20,000 nt of DNA from an uncultured virus (IMG/VR IMGVR_UViG_2788500588_000003) (IMGVR_UViG_2788500588_000003), one strand, 5' to 3'. Positions 7,090-15,849 are shown, counted from the first letter of the stretch. Program-made: numbers and translations. The notes: generated from the sequence alone by a model not told the origin.

Positions 7090-7490
7090 GCTGTTACCCC
7101 CAATAGGTGCTTGTGTTCATAGATGTTGCCAATGACTTCGCCATCATCTAAATACAGCAAATGCAAGCCCATTAAGCAGTCATTTTCGCCTCTGAAGAAC
7201 TGAAACATCCCACCGTAATACTTAACAAGTAGATTTTCTGGTAATACTCCTGAAGTTTCATAAGTTAGTTTATTTACTCTTACAATGTCCCCCTCATAAA
7301 TCTCCTTGCTGTTTGCGTCCTTTAAGCCTGTGTACTGCATATACTGCAATCCGTGGTCATCCTCATTCAGAATAATGTTTACAGCCCTTACTGGATTGCA
7401 ATTGTATTCGACATGCCCATATAATTCGTTTGAATACACCATGATTTTTAATTCAGAATCCCACGCCCGAAACTTAATCTCTCTACTCAT
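7086..7490 (-). CDS. YopX family protein
   Basis: [34 protein letters not shown]. Confidence 0.93.
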   Translation of the reverse strand: MSREIKFRAWDSELKIMVYSNELYGHVEYNCNPVRAVNIILNEDDHGLQYMQYTGLKDANSKEIYEGDIVRVNKLTYETSGVLPENLLVKYYGGMFQFFRGENDCLMGLHLLYLDDGEVIGNIYEHKHLLGVTA

Positions 7491-7675
7491 GCAGCCATAG
7501 CCCCTTCCATTTTCATAATGAGATAATCCGTAGCCTCTTCGGCATCTTTCAAACCAACTAGGACCCTCAATTGCTCCAAACGGTTATATGCCATAGTTTC
7601 GTTTTGTTTGCCTCCAAAGCACTGGAACTGCCCTAAATACAGGATGATCTGGTCGATTAGGAATTGTTCATTCAT
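7487..7675 (-). CDS. Hypothetical phage protein (62 aa; start trimmed to MNEQF)
   Basis: RBS GGTGGTGA before ATG at 7675; ATGA overlap with the yopX-like gene. Confidence 0.7.
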   Translation of the reverse strand: MNEQFLIDQIILYLGQFQCFGGKQNETMAYNRLEQLRVLVGLKDAEEATDYLIMKMEGAMAA

Positions 7676-7880
7676 GAGCTTCACCACCCAAAGCTTCTCG
7701 AGCAATTTTGTAAGCTGGTGTTTCCCAACCTTCCATGATAGGTGCTTCAACTTCCATGACTTTTTCTAGTGCTTTACGAAGTCGTTCAATTTCCTCTTTC
7801 TGTTTTTCTAGATTTATAGCAATCATTGCTAATTCGATACCCGATAACTCTCTAGCTTCAGGTAGTGGTTTTTTCTTCAT
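7668..7880 (-). CDS. Hypothetical coiled-coil phage protein
   Basis: RBS GGGGAG; EIERLRKALE...IAREALGG pattern common in phage early regions. Confidence 0.75.
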   Translation of the reverse strand: MKKKPLPEARELSGIELAMIAINLEKQKEEIERLRKALEKVMEVEAPIMEGWETPAYKIAREALGGEAHE

Positions 7881-7883
7881 CCC

Positions 7884-8069
7884 TCATTCACTCCCCACTA
7901 ATTTGTTAAAAGCCTCACGGTTGCCAGTTTCCAAAGCTATGTCGATGGCATTTGCGATGTTAAACGCTTCAATTTCGCTCATAAGCTTGTCCATTTCTCT
8001 TTCAAGTTGCTCTCTGTGAAGTTCATTAGCTGCCTTTGCTACATCGTTTACAAGCTTCCAAAAGTCCAT
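7884..8069 (-). CDS. Small hypothetical protein, IDEAL-domain-like C-terminus
   Basis: RBS GGAGGT; IDIALETGNREAFNKL. Confidence 0.75.
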   Translation of the reverse strand: MDFWKLVNDVAKAANELHREQLEREMDKLMSEIEAFNIANAIDIALETGNREAFNKLVGSE

Positions 8070-8084
8070 CCCAAGACCTCCACT

Positions 8085-8270
8085 TCATTCAAATAGTTGA
8101 AAACTAATGATTACAACCGATTTATCAGGAAAATAATTTTTTCGTTCAAGATTTCTACCTTCCTCAACAATGTCGCCAATGTTTTGAATCGGTGTTGTTC
8201 GTCTTATCTCTGCATTAGCAAAGCCAGTATTATGAGAAAACGATACAAAGTATCGATATTTTTTATCCAT
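8085..8270 (-). CDS. Hypothetical phage protein (start probably MDKKY at 8270)
   Basis: RBS GGAGGGTGA before ATG 8270; an upstream GTG at 8306 is also possible. Confidence 0.7.
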   Translation of the reverse strand: MDKKYRYFVSFSHNTGFANAEIRRTTPIQNIGDIVEEGRNLERKNYFPDKSVVIISFQLFE

Positions 8271-8302
8271 CCCTTCACCCTCCATCAAGGGGCTGTTGCC
8301 CC

Positions 8303-9127
8303 TCACTGATTTAAAATTGCATTGAATTTACTCAAGCGACCTTTAGCGATTTCTCTACGAAAACTAGTAGCCTCATTTTTAACTGGTTGCGACATTTCGA
8401 TTAATCTATCAGGTATCCTCTTGCCTATTTGCTCTGGTAAATCTTTTGGATTGAGATTTGATGTTGCTAGAATAGGTTTTTTTCTACGACTACGGCCGTC
8501 AAATATTTGGAACATAGTTTCTAGCACCCAATCACTTATTTTTTCTGCCCCTAAGTCGTCGATAATCAACAAGTCACATATCATCAATGCTTTCATAATC
8601 TGCTGTTCACTCTCGTTATTGTCGCGATTGAAAGTAGCTTTGATTTTGCTTAGTAACTCCGGCATGGATATGAAAACTATTACCTTACCTTGAGCAGTTA
8701 AATAATTGTGTACTGCTGCAGCTAAATGGGTTTTACCATTCCCTACATCGCCCCACAACAAGAGAGATTCAGCGCCAAATTCTTCGAAATGTTCAGCGTA
8801 ATATTTAGCTGCCTTAAAAGCTTTTTCAGATCCTTGCCGCATAAGGAAGTTTTCAAAACTAGCATTCAAGTATTTATCACCAATATTACTGATAGAGAAT
8901 AAAGTGCGTACCTCATTTTCTTCTTTGGCTCGTATCAAACGTTCAACCTCTGCCTTTTTAATGTCCTGCTCACATTGGCATACAGGTTGCACCCAACGAG
9001 TTCTACCAAGGACCTCAACTGGAATCGCCTTGATTTCATTTCCGCAATGACTGCATATTTCGCTAGAGTGAGAAGCCGTCATATTCTTCGTTACTATGTC
9101 GTTCATAGTTTTGGCTATTCCTTGCAT
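8303..9127 (-). CDS. DnaC/IstB-like helicase loader ATPase
   Basis: N-terminal CxxC..CxC, Walker A GDVGNGKT, Walker B LLIIDDLG, TSN; follows the initiator. Confidence 0.93.
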   Translation of the reverse strand: MQGIAKTMNDIVTKNMTASHSSEICSHCGNEIKAIPVEVLGRTRWVQPVCQCEQDIKKAEVERLIRAKEENEVRTLFSISNIGDKYLNASFENFLMRQGSEKAFKAAKYYAEHFEEFGAESLLLWGDVGNGKTHLAAAVHNYLTAQGKVIVFISMPELLSKIKATFNRDNNESEQQIMKALMICDLLIIDDLGAEKISDWVLETMFQIFDGRSRRKKPILATSNLNPKDLPEQIGKRIPDRLIEMSQPVKNEATSFRREIAKGRLSKFNAILNQ

Positions 9128-9977
9128 CTCGTTGAGCCTCCTTCATTTTCAACTGCAATTGCTGATAAGTAGTGATCATGTCTTTACGCCAGTTGATTAA
9201 CGTACCTTCTGCATATTTAATTTTGTTACGAGCATTGTTTAATACTGCATTTTGTAAAGCAGCTAGGATTAGATCCACATCTTTGTAATCATCCAAGATG
9301 TAACCAAGGTGTTCAGCTATTGTTGGAAGAACAGGTGTAATGTTTTGATTTGTAAATTCAACTAATCTAGCAAAATCATATTGAGAAGAAACCGACTGAC
9401 TACTCTTTTGTTCTTGTTCTTTTTCTTCTTCTCTTTCTTGTTCTTCTTCTTGTTCTTGTTCTTCTTCTTCCCTATAGTCTATGGAAGTGGTATTGATATG
9501 GTATGGATACGGTATCGAACCCTCGCCATTACTAGTGTTAAGTACTTTTGGCTCACTTTTTTCTTCTAACAGTATTGATACGGTATCGATACGGTATCCT
9601 AACTGTTCCAAAGAGGTTACATAGCTTCTTACAAAAGGTATATGCTTCACAGCAAGCAGCTCTTTTTCGATACATTTTTTCACTTTCGGTGAGTTGATAA
9701 AGTTGTACTTTGCCCAGTTATTTAACATGATTTCTTTTGTTGATTCGTTGTAAGTGATCTTTCCATACTCTACGAACCTTTGTAGTAGCTTCTGAACCGT
9801 TTCTCGGTTATATCCTGTGTGCATTTCTATGACTCTATATGGCAATTCGTAGATGCCACATTGTGTTGTATTGCCATTCGTCATCAAATACAGATAGAAG
9901 TATTTCTCCTCTGGTGTAAGATCCAATACAAAGCCGTCATCCCAAAACGTTGTGTGTACATTTCTGTATTTAGCCAT
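9063..9977 (-). CDS. Phage replication initiator (N-terminal wHTH, C-terminal DnaD-like domain)
   Basis: FWDD..LTPEEKYFYLYLMTN..TTQCGIY; C-terminal KYAEGTLINW; internal iterons. Confidence 0.9.
   Translation of the reverse strand: MAKYRNVHTTFWDDGFVLDLTPEEKYFYLYLMTNGNTTQCGIYELPYRVIEMHTGYNRETVQKLLQRFVEYGKITYNESTKEIMLNNWAKYNFINSPKVKKCIEKELLAVKHIPFVRSYVTSLEQLGYRIDTVSILLEEKSEPKVLNTSNGEGSIPYPYHINTTSIDYREEEEQEQEEEQEREEEKEQEQKSSQSVSSQYDFARLVEFTNQNITPVLPTIAEHLGYILDDYKDVDLILAALQNAVLNNARNKIKYAEGTLINWRKDMITTYQQLQLKMKEAQRDARNSQNYERHSNEEYDGFSL
9490..9599. repeat. Iterons, probable phage replication origin
   Basis: Two blocks (9490-9518, 9572-9599) of 11-bp units GTATnGATAYG inside the initiator gene, next to a TTCTTG/TTCTTC tract (~9405-9470). 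Confidence 0.8.
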
Positions 9978-9992
9978 TTGCCCTCACCCCTC

Positions 9993-10403
9993 CTAGTACG
10001 TTTTAATCGGCTCCCAATCGTTCGCGTAAGCAGCCTCATTAAATTTATCTACTGGCATATCAATGTTGACTGGCTCATATGTTTCAAGCCATTTTGCGAC
10101 GTCGTAGCTGATAAAAGCTCTATCACCAAATTTTTCATGCATGTATGCCTTATGTGCCTCCGAATGTGCTATTACTTCATCTATTTCTGGTTGCCCTGGC
10201 TTTTGACGATCATTACGAACAATGATGAAAGCATCTTGAATATCATCCATCGTTATATCACCATCTGGATCACTGAAATCTGCTACATCAATATCTGCTG
10301 CAAGGTAACGTCCTTCTTTATCACGATGTTTTAATACAATGACAGGAACAGTAGAAATAATTTCATCCTCGCCACCGAAGATGTTTTGTTGAAATATTTG
10401 CAT
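9993..10403 (-). CDS. Hypothetical acidic phage protein
   Basis: RBS GGAGGGTGA; operon context. Confidence 0.8.
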   Translation of the reverse strand: MQIFQQNIFGGEDEIISTVPVIVLKHRDKEGRYLAADIDVADFSDPDGDITMDDIQDAFIIVRNDRQKPGQPEIDEVIAHSEAHKAYMHEKFGDRAFISYDVAKWLETYEPVNIDMPVDKFNEAAYANDWEPIKTY

Positions 10404-10448
10404 GGTTCACCCTCCATATTTTCAATATTCAAATTTTTAATCACAGAC

Positions 10449-10631
10449 TTATTCAGTGATCGGTTTGCACTTTTGACAAAGCCTAATACTATATGGTCTT
10501 TCTCCTTTGAAAGCCGAACCGAAAAGGTAAGTATATTTAGAACGCTTCTCGATAGGCTTTTGGCAATCGTCACAAATGTATTCCTTTCGAGCTACCTGAA
10601 CTGCTTCTTTAATCACATTACTCAAAATCAC
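10449..10631 (-). CDS. Small Zn-ribbon-like hypothetical protein
   Basis: RBS GGAGGT; ARKEYICDDC...CQKC. Confidence 0.7.
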   Translation of the reverse strand: MILSNVIKEAVQVARKEYICDDCQKPIEKRSKYTYLFGSAFKGERPYSIRLCQKCKPITE

Positions 10632-10637
10632 AACCTC

Positions 10638-11339
10638 CTACGGTATAAAAATCATCTTGCCTGTTGCCCTTGCTACTGCTTTAAAGATGCGCTCTATGTT
10701 GCTGTTGCCATCAGATAAATGCAGTAGGTGTATTTCTTCGACCTTTGATAAGTCACTAGCTTTAAAAAACTCTAATAAGTTTTCTAAACTGAAATGAGAC
10801 TTCATAACACGCTTTTTCATAGCTGGATGAATACGGCCACTCTCGACATTTTCATCTAATGTTTGTTGATCATAATTACACTCAATCATGATGTGAGTTA
10901 AGCCTTTGAACCGGTATTTCACATAGTAGGTATCAGTAGCAAATAACAGCTTGCCACCGTTGTCTGACTGTAGTAAAAAACCTAACGGCTCATTTACATC
11001 GTGCTGCACATCAAACGGCAATATGGTCCATGAACCTACTCTAAATTGTTCTTTGCTTTTAACCGTTTTAATCCGATGATGATCAAGCGATAATGCCTCT
11101 CTAGTACCTTGTGACATATAAACATCAAGCCCCCGATTTAACACCGATTCCACGCCTTTACAGTGATCTTTGTGTTCATGGGTAACTAATACGCCACCAA
11201 GGTTAGAAGTCTCGAAATTAACGCCTTGCTGTATCTGTTTGAAGCTGATACCACACTCTAGGAGTAGAGGGGTGCTACCATCTGTAATGTGATAGCAATT
11301 TCCCTTACTGCCAGTTGCTAGAGTTTTGATTTGAATCAT
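10638..11339 (-). CDS. MBL-fold metallo-hydrolase (probable nuclease partner of Bet)
   Basis: GSKGN, THEHKDH, HD, TDT, ECNYD, HLS motifs. Confidence 0.93.
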   Translation of the reverse strand: MIQIKTLATGSKGNCYHITDGSTPLLLECGISFKQIQQGVNFETSNLGGVLVTHEHKDHCKGVESVLNRGLDVYMSQGTREALSLDHHRIKTVKSKEQFRVGSWTILPFDVQHDVNEPLGFLLQSDNGGKLLFATDTYYVKYRFKGLTHIMIECNYDQQTLDENVESGRIHPAMKKRVMKSHFSLENLLEFFKASDLSKVEEIHLLHLSDGNSNIERIFKAVARATGKMIFIP

Positions 11340-12067
11340 TAGAACCCTGGTCCATCGCTTTGTTCTTCTGGAAACACTTCTTCAAAAGTGGCATCGATAA
11401 TCTCTTTGTGTTCAGGCGTCAAACTTGGATCTTCTGATTTAATATCAAGGTCCTCAGTGTTAGCATTTTGCTTTATTTCTTGTTCTACATTCATTTCAAC
11501 AGATTGTGCACCCTTATCCTCTTCTGTGTACATTGCTCCCAAACTTTCTGGGAATGCTTCACGTAGACCATTTACAATTGCCGATTTACGAATCATATTC
11601 ATCGGCATATCTTTCCACGTAGCTTGATTTTTACTAAACTCTTTGAAATCTATTTTTGTAATAACAGGCACTTTTCGGTCCTTTCGGTACACCTTGCACC
11701 ATCCACCAATAAGCTTGTCCTTATCTAACTTCACAGCACCCTCAACTTCGACTAATTGACCATCTCGCTCAACAATGATTCCTGCCTCAAATCCTTCGTA
11801 TTTATCGTGACCCTCCGCACGTTTCATGAACGCTTCTTTTGATACAATAATTTGTGCTGGACTTGAACCAAATTTGATTAAATATGCTTCATTTAAAAAT
11901 GGATTTAGCTTTTGGAATTTACAAAGATTCATGAACATAACTACTTCTTGTTCACTTACACTTCCGTTACCACGTACTAGATACTGCATTACTGTATTGC
12001 CTGATAGTTTTACTTCTTCACCATTTACTTCAAATTTGATAGGCGACGTCATTACTGCATTTGTCAT
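11339..12067 (-). CDS. bet: Phage recombination protein Bet/RecT (single-strand annealing)
   Basis: LCKFQKLNPFLNEAYLIKF, MIRKSAIVNGLREAFP, GAMYTEED. Confidence 0.9.
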   Translation of the reverse strand: MTNAVMTSPIKFEVNGEEVKLSGNTVMQYLVRGNGSVSEQEVVMFMNLCKFQKLNPFLNEAYLIKFGSSPAQIIVSKEAFMKRAEGHDKYEGFEAGIIVERDGQLVEVEGAVKLDKDKLIGGWCKVYRKDRKVPVITKIDFKEFSKNQATWKDMPMNMIRKSAIVNGLREAFPESLGAMYTEEDKGAQSVEMNVEQEIKQNANTEDLDIKSEDPSLTPEHKEIIDATFEEVFPEEQSDGPGF

Positions 12068-12069
12068 TT

Positions 12070-14097
12070 TTAAATTGCCTCCTTAAGTATTGGTTGTTGA
12101 CCTTCGACTTCAACTCGTAACTGCTTGTCCTTCTCTGAAACTACTAAACTAATAAGTTGAGTATCCACATCAATAAACTTGGTTACAGCCTCGGCATTAT
12201 CCACGAAAATAGGTGCTTGGATACCGAAATGAGCAGATAGTGTATTGATGATGTCTAGGCCGACATTGATTTTCGCTGCATTGTTAAGGCCTGTGCCGTA
12301 TGGTACACCCTTGAAAGTTGTTTCACATACCTCATTTAAACCGCCATTTACTTGTGTATCAAACAGTTTGAAACGTGCATATTTGAACTTGCTATTAATG
12401 CGTTCCGTTAGCATGTTTACCTTTGTACGAATAAATTCTTCTATTAAGAAGGTTGTTTGCTCTAGCTTTTCATACTCTTGAGCAAGTTTTACTTGCTGAT
12501 CTTCCAGCTCGATAATGCGTTCCTTACTCGCTTCAATATTTGCGTGTTGAGCAATAGCGCTATTGCACTCTTTGCGCTCAAGATTGAGCTTATCAATTTC
12601 TTCGTCGATACCAGCAACTGCCTCGTAAGCATGCTCGTTTAACTGTTTAATTTCAGCCTGCAATGCTTCTATTTGTAAATTAATAGATTTATATTCATCA
12701 GTCGTTGTAACGTCCTTCACTGATGATTGTGCTGTTTCAAGTGCCTTTTGAGCTTTCTTCAACTCTTTGTCTTGTACCACTAAATCATCTTGATACTTGT
12801 TCATTTCTGCTAAAATGACATCATGTTCATTATTTAAGGTAGTTAAGCGTGCATTTAATTCAGCAACCTTTTCCCTACGAATGCCACCTTCACGTTGAAT
12901 ATCTTTCAAGCGAATTGTTTTAAATTCATTAAACTGTGCTTGAGCTTCATTACGAGCAGCCTCTACTTGTTCAATAGGTAAAGATTGCTTACATGTTGGA
13001 CATTCACAGTTATCTTCAAAATGGAACTGTTCTTTTTCTACTGCAAAATACTTCTCACGTAGATGGTCCATCTCTTTCGTTAAACGTCCGATTTCATCTT
13101 GTATACGATTAGCTTCATCTACTTTAAATTTCCGATTGTTATCAGCCTGTTGCAGTTTGCTATTAATGATCTGAGTGTTTCCTTGAACTTCTTGCAACTT
13201 GGCTTGAGCCTTATACACTTCTTGCATACTATCAGCTTCGAATGAACGTTTGATATCACTAAGTTTCATTTCTAACTCTAGTAACTGGCGCTGTTTATCA
13301 AGTACTGATGCACCGTTCTTCACGCGGATTTTTTGTTCCTGTAATTCCTCAATATTCGCCTCAATCTTAGACACCTGTTGACGCATTGTTTCAACATCTA
13401 CCATTGTTTCTGGCATCATTTTATTGATTTCATCAATACGTACTGGAATCTTCTCCAGTTCTTCATTGATGTGCTTTTTCTTGCTGGCAATGATTTTCTT
13501 CATATCCTCTAGCGACTTGCCATTTAATAAGTCGTTCAGTTTTACTAGTGAAGCGTTAGATGCGATTACTTCCTCGTCTGAAGTATCACCGCATATTTCT
13601 AAAAGTAGCTTACGTTTATCCTGCCATTTCATCTGGTTAAAATAAGTTGGTGATGTTAAAAGTTTGAACACTTCTTCTTCAACGATTTCAGCAACTTTCG
13701 CTGTGTACTCTTTCTTATTTAGAGGTACATCATTTACCGCGTAATCTACGGTATGGCCTGTAAATTCTTTGTTGGCAGCACCACGTTTTTTAGTCCAAAC
13801 CTCTTTGTAGATTTTCTTTAAAGTGATTGGTACTCCATCTACTAAAAATGTTCCTTCGACTGTATGCTCGAGGTTATGTTGTTCGGATCCATCACCATTT
13901 AATGTTTTAATAGCAAAATCCTTTTTGTTGTTGCTGTCTTTATCAAACAGTAGCCATAAAAACGCATCAAACGTTGTTGTTTTACCTACCTCGTTATCAC
14001 CAAAAATCTGTGCGTTACCACCATCTAATTGAATGTCTAGCGATTTAATGCCCTTGAAATCACGTAGTTTTAATACAACTAACTCAATTTTCTTCAT
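12070..14097 (-). CDS. Rad50/SbcC-like coiled-coil ATPase (675 aa; start trimmed to MKKIEL)
   Basis: RBS AGGAGG before ATG 14097; DFKG, Walker A GDNEVGKTT, CPTC hook, Walker B IFVDNAE. Confidence 0.92.
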   Translation of the reverse strand: MKKIELVVLKLRDFKGIKSLDIQLDGGNAQIFGDNEVGKTTTFDAFLWLLFDKDSNNKKDFAIKTLNGDGSEQHNLEHTVEGTFLVDGVPITLKKIYKEVWTKKRGAANKEFTGHTVDYAVNDVPLNKKEYTAKVAEIVEEEVFKLLTSPTYFNQMKWQDKRKLLLEICGDTSDEEVIASNASLVKLNDLLNGKSLEDMKKIIASKKKHINEELEKIPVRIDEINKMMPETMVDVETMRQQVSKIEANIEELQEQKIRVKNGASVLDKQRQLLELEMKLSDIKRSFEADSMQEVYKAQAKLQEVQGNTQIINSKLQQADNNRKFKVDEANRIQDEIGRLTKEMDHLREKYFAVEKEQFHFEDNCECPTCKQSLPIEQVEAARNEAQAQFNEFKTIRLKDIQREGGIRREKVAELNARLTTLNNEHDVILAEMNKYQDDLVVQDKELKKAQKALETAQSSVKDVTTTDEYKSINLQIEALQAEIKQLNEHAYEAVAGIDEEIDKLNLERKECNSAIAQHANIEASKERIIELEDQQVKLAQEYEKLEQTTFLIEEFIRTKVNMLTERINSKFKYARFKLFDTQVNGGLNEVCETTFKGVPYGTGLNNAAKINVGLDIINTLSAHFGIQAPIFVDNAEAVTKFIDVDTQLISLVVSEKDKQLRVEVEGQQPILKEAI

Positions 14098-14111
14098 ATC
14101 CTTTGCCCTCC

Positions 14112-14169
14112 TGTGGTAGAATGATATAAATATTGTTTTTGCAGACCACTGTTCGCGCAGTGGTTTTTT
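14112..14169 (+). ncRNA. Antisense mini transcription unit (~40-nt RNA)
   Basis: TGTGG-TAGAAT (14112-14122); terminator ACCACTG/CAGTGGT (14145-14164) plus T-tract. Confidence 0.6.
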
Positions 14170-14287
14170 ATTTTGATGGATAACCACCAATCTACTTACA
14201 AAACTGTCGTCGCAACTGGGGCCTATCGGCTGTCGCTCGCAAATGGTCATGGCGTACTGTGCTAGGTTTTTTAAATAGATTGCTAAT

Positions 14288-14373
14288 CCCATCAAGCAAC
14301 TTACAGTGGCAAAGCATAACCGTAGGGAGACGGTGCTGTAAGCTGCTTGACGAGAGCGAGATAACTCTCGCAA
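14288..14373 (-). other. Structured RNA element: 19-bp stem with inner hairpin and an overlapping alternative hairpin
   Basis: Arms 14288-14306 / 14336-14354 pair on the - strand with three G-U pairs. Confidence 0.65.
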
Positions 14374-14384
14374 ACGTCAAAACT

Positions 14385-14450
14385 TGTGATATAATAGATT
14401 TGTATATGTTGTCTCGCTGTTTAATCTTCGCTCGATTAAGCAGCTTTTTT
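14385..14450 (+). ncRNA. Antisense mini transcription unit (~50-nt RNA)
   Basis: TGTGA-TATAAT (14385-14395); terminator GCTGTTTAATC/GATTAAGCAGC (14416-14444) plus T6. Confidence 0.65.
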
Positions 14451-14538
14451 ATTGCCATTTAACTTCTCCAACACCCTCTTATCACAGAAGAAATGTACAT
14501 ATATTAACCTCTGTTTCAATGTCATGTGTCGCCACGCT

Positions 14539-14781
14539 CTAGGCTTGATGCGCAAGTTTCTTCACCACCTGAACAAGTATTCCTCGCTGGTTTAAATCAG
14601 CAACCGTTGCCCATAACTCTTTTTTCTTATGAAGTTTTTCTAGTTGATTCAACGAATTATGTAGGTCTCGTTCTAGTTGTTTTGCTATGTTGATACGACC
14701 TGCTTTTACATGTAGTTTGATTACATCTGTTAGATCATCGATACATCTGATTTCACGCTCAATTTGTTCATCTATATTCAT
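14539..14781 (-). CDS. Hypothetical helical phage protein
   Basis: Start overlaps the stop of the upstream gene; RBS AGGTAGG. Confidence 0.75.
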   Translation of the reverse strand: MNIDEQIEREIRCIDDLTDVIKLHVKAGRINIAKQLERDLHNSLNQLEKLHKKKELWATVADLNQRGILVQVVKKLAHQA

Positions 14782-15305
14782 TTAATAAATCCTACCTTTT
14801 GAAGATATTTGTAATGGTCCATCCAAACCCCTGTGTAACTAATCCCAAGGTGCTCTGTGGTTACAGCAATAAAGTTAGCCAGTGCTGTAGCTGCCTCAAC
14901 CGCCTCTTCGATCATGTCCATAATGTTTTTTCGCTCATAATGCTCGATTGCATCACTTGGTTTGGCTAAGCTTGTACTAGTTATGGCATCTAAGGCTTCT
15001 TGGAGTTCTTCAATTGTTTTCTCACGTACACTACAGCGATGGAGGTCTACGTTTGGGCCGTTCAAGTAAATAGGTCCTGTTCCTGTGTACTCATGCTGCA
15101 CTGCTAAAGCAAGCTTCGGATTATCAAACCGATTAACCAGTGTTCTACTAATATCCGATGGCACTTTAGCACGGCCATTTTCATATCGAGAAAGCCGTTC
15201 CCTTCCAACACCTATGTCCAACCCGAGGCTCAATTGAGTTTCGCCACCCCTCAATTCCTTGATTACTCCCCCAACAGTATTTTCAGTGACATTCACATTT
15301 ACCAC
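14778..15305 (-). CDS. XRE-family HTH protein with C-terminal helical domain
   Basis: TQLSLGLDIGVGRERLSRYENG HTH; exact start uncertain. Confidence 0.85.
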   Translation of the reverse strand: MVNVNVTENTVGGVIKELRGGETQLSLGLDIGVGRERLSRYENGRAKVPSDISRTLVNRFDNPKLALAVQHEYTGTGPIYLNGPNVDLHRCSVREKTIEELQEALDAITSTSLAKPSDAIEHYERKNIMDMIEEAVEAATALANFIAVTTEHLGISYTGVWMDHYKYLQKVGFIK

Positions 15306-15376
15306 CCTTTCTATTAAATTAAGGTCACATTTCAGTCTAAAGTTAACTTGGTTGCAACCATCAAGTTTCAGTAATT

Positions 15377-15478
15377 TGTGTATAATAATGGTTAAGAGGT
15401 AGATTTGCCCCTACCTCTTAGATTTCTACTAGATTGGTAGTTTGATTTATCTTGAGGCCATTTGCCCTGGCCTCTCCT
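15377..15478 (+). ncRNA. Candidate antisense sRNA with two UUUGCCC-loop hairpins
   Basis: TATAAT 15381-15386; hairpins 15393-15420 (loop AUUUGCCC), 15426-15440 and 15454-15474 (loop UUUGCCC); 3' end undefined. Confidence 0.55.
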
Positions 15479-15833
15479 ATGCTCTTAATAATCTAAGTCT
15501 TTCATTTTCACTCACGTAAATACCAAGACGCGAGTTCATGTATGATACATTATTGTTTTTCCATGCCAACACTTTGTCCCGAGGATAACGAGCACTTAAT
15601 GCAAGACATTTTGGAAAACCATCCATTCGAATTATTTTTTCTACTGTTGGTAATTCGCAGTTGAATATTTTAGCTACATCTTCTTTTTTTAAGTTTGGTG
15701 GTAGAGAATTTTCGAATTTTGCTTTTTCTATCTCTCGTCCATCCTCTACACCCTGCTTATATGCTTTTTGAAGAAAGTCAACTAATTCTGCATTGAGTAA
15801 GGCGTCTTTTAATTCGTCGATAGTTAGATTCAT
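15477..15833 (-). CDS. Putative DNA-binding protein, Xis/AlpA-like winged HTH
   Basis: LKKEDVAKIFNCELPTVEKII...FPK...RYPRDKVLAW; RBS AGGAGG. Confidence 0.7.
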   Translation of the reverse strand: MNLTIDELKDALLNAELVDFLQKAYKQGVEDGREIEKAKFENSLPPNLKKEDVAKIFNCELPTVEKIIRMDGFPKCLALSARYPRDKVLAWKNNNVSYMNSRLGIYVSENERLRLLRA

Positions 15834-15849
15834 TTTTTAACCTCCTACT

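Noticed and set aside
9405..9470. TTCTTG/TTCTTC microsatellite-like tract
   Set aside because: Encodes the E/Q-rich linker typical of phage initiators next to the origin
9709..9715. TTTGCCC copy inside the initiator CDS
   Set aside because: Explained by Trp-Ala-Lys codons; treated as background
14098..14373. 92-aa N-terminal extension of the ATPase, and ORFs 14192..14458 / 14259..14462
   Set aside because: A strong RBS and the family start lie at 14097; the region is occupied by RNA structures and antisense promoter/terminators
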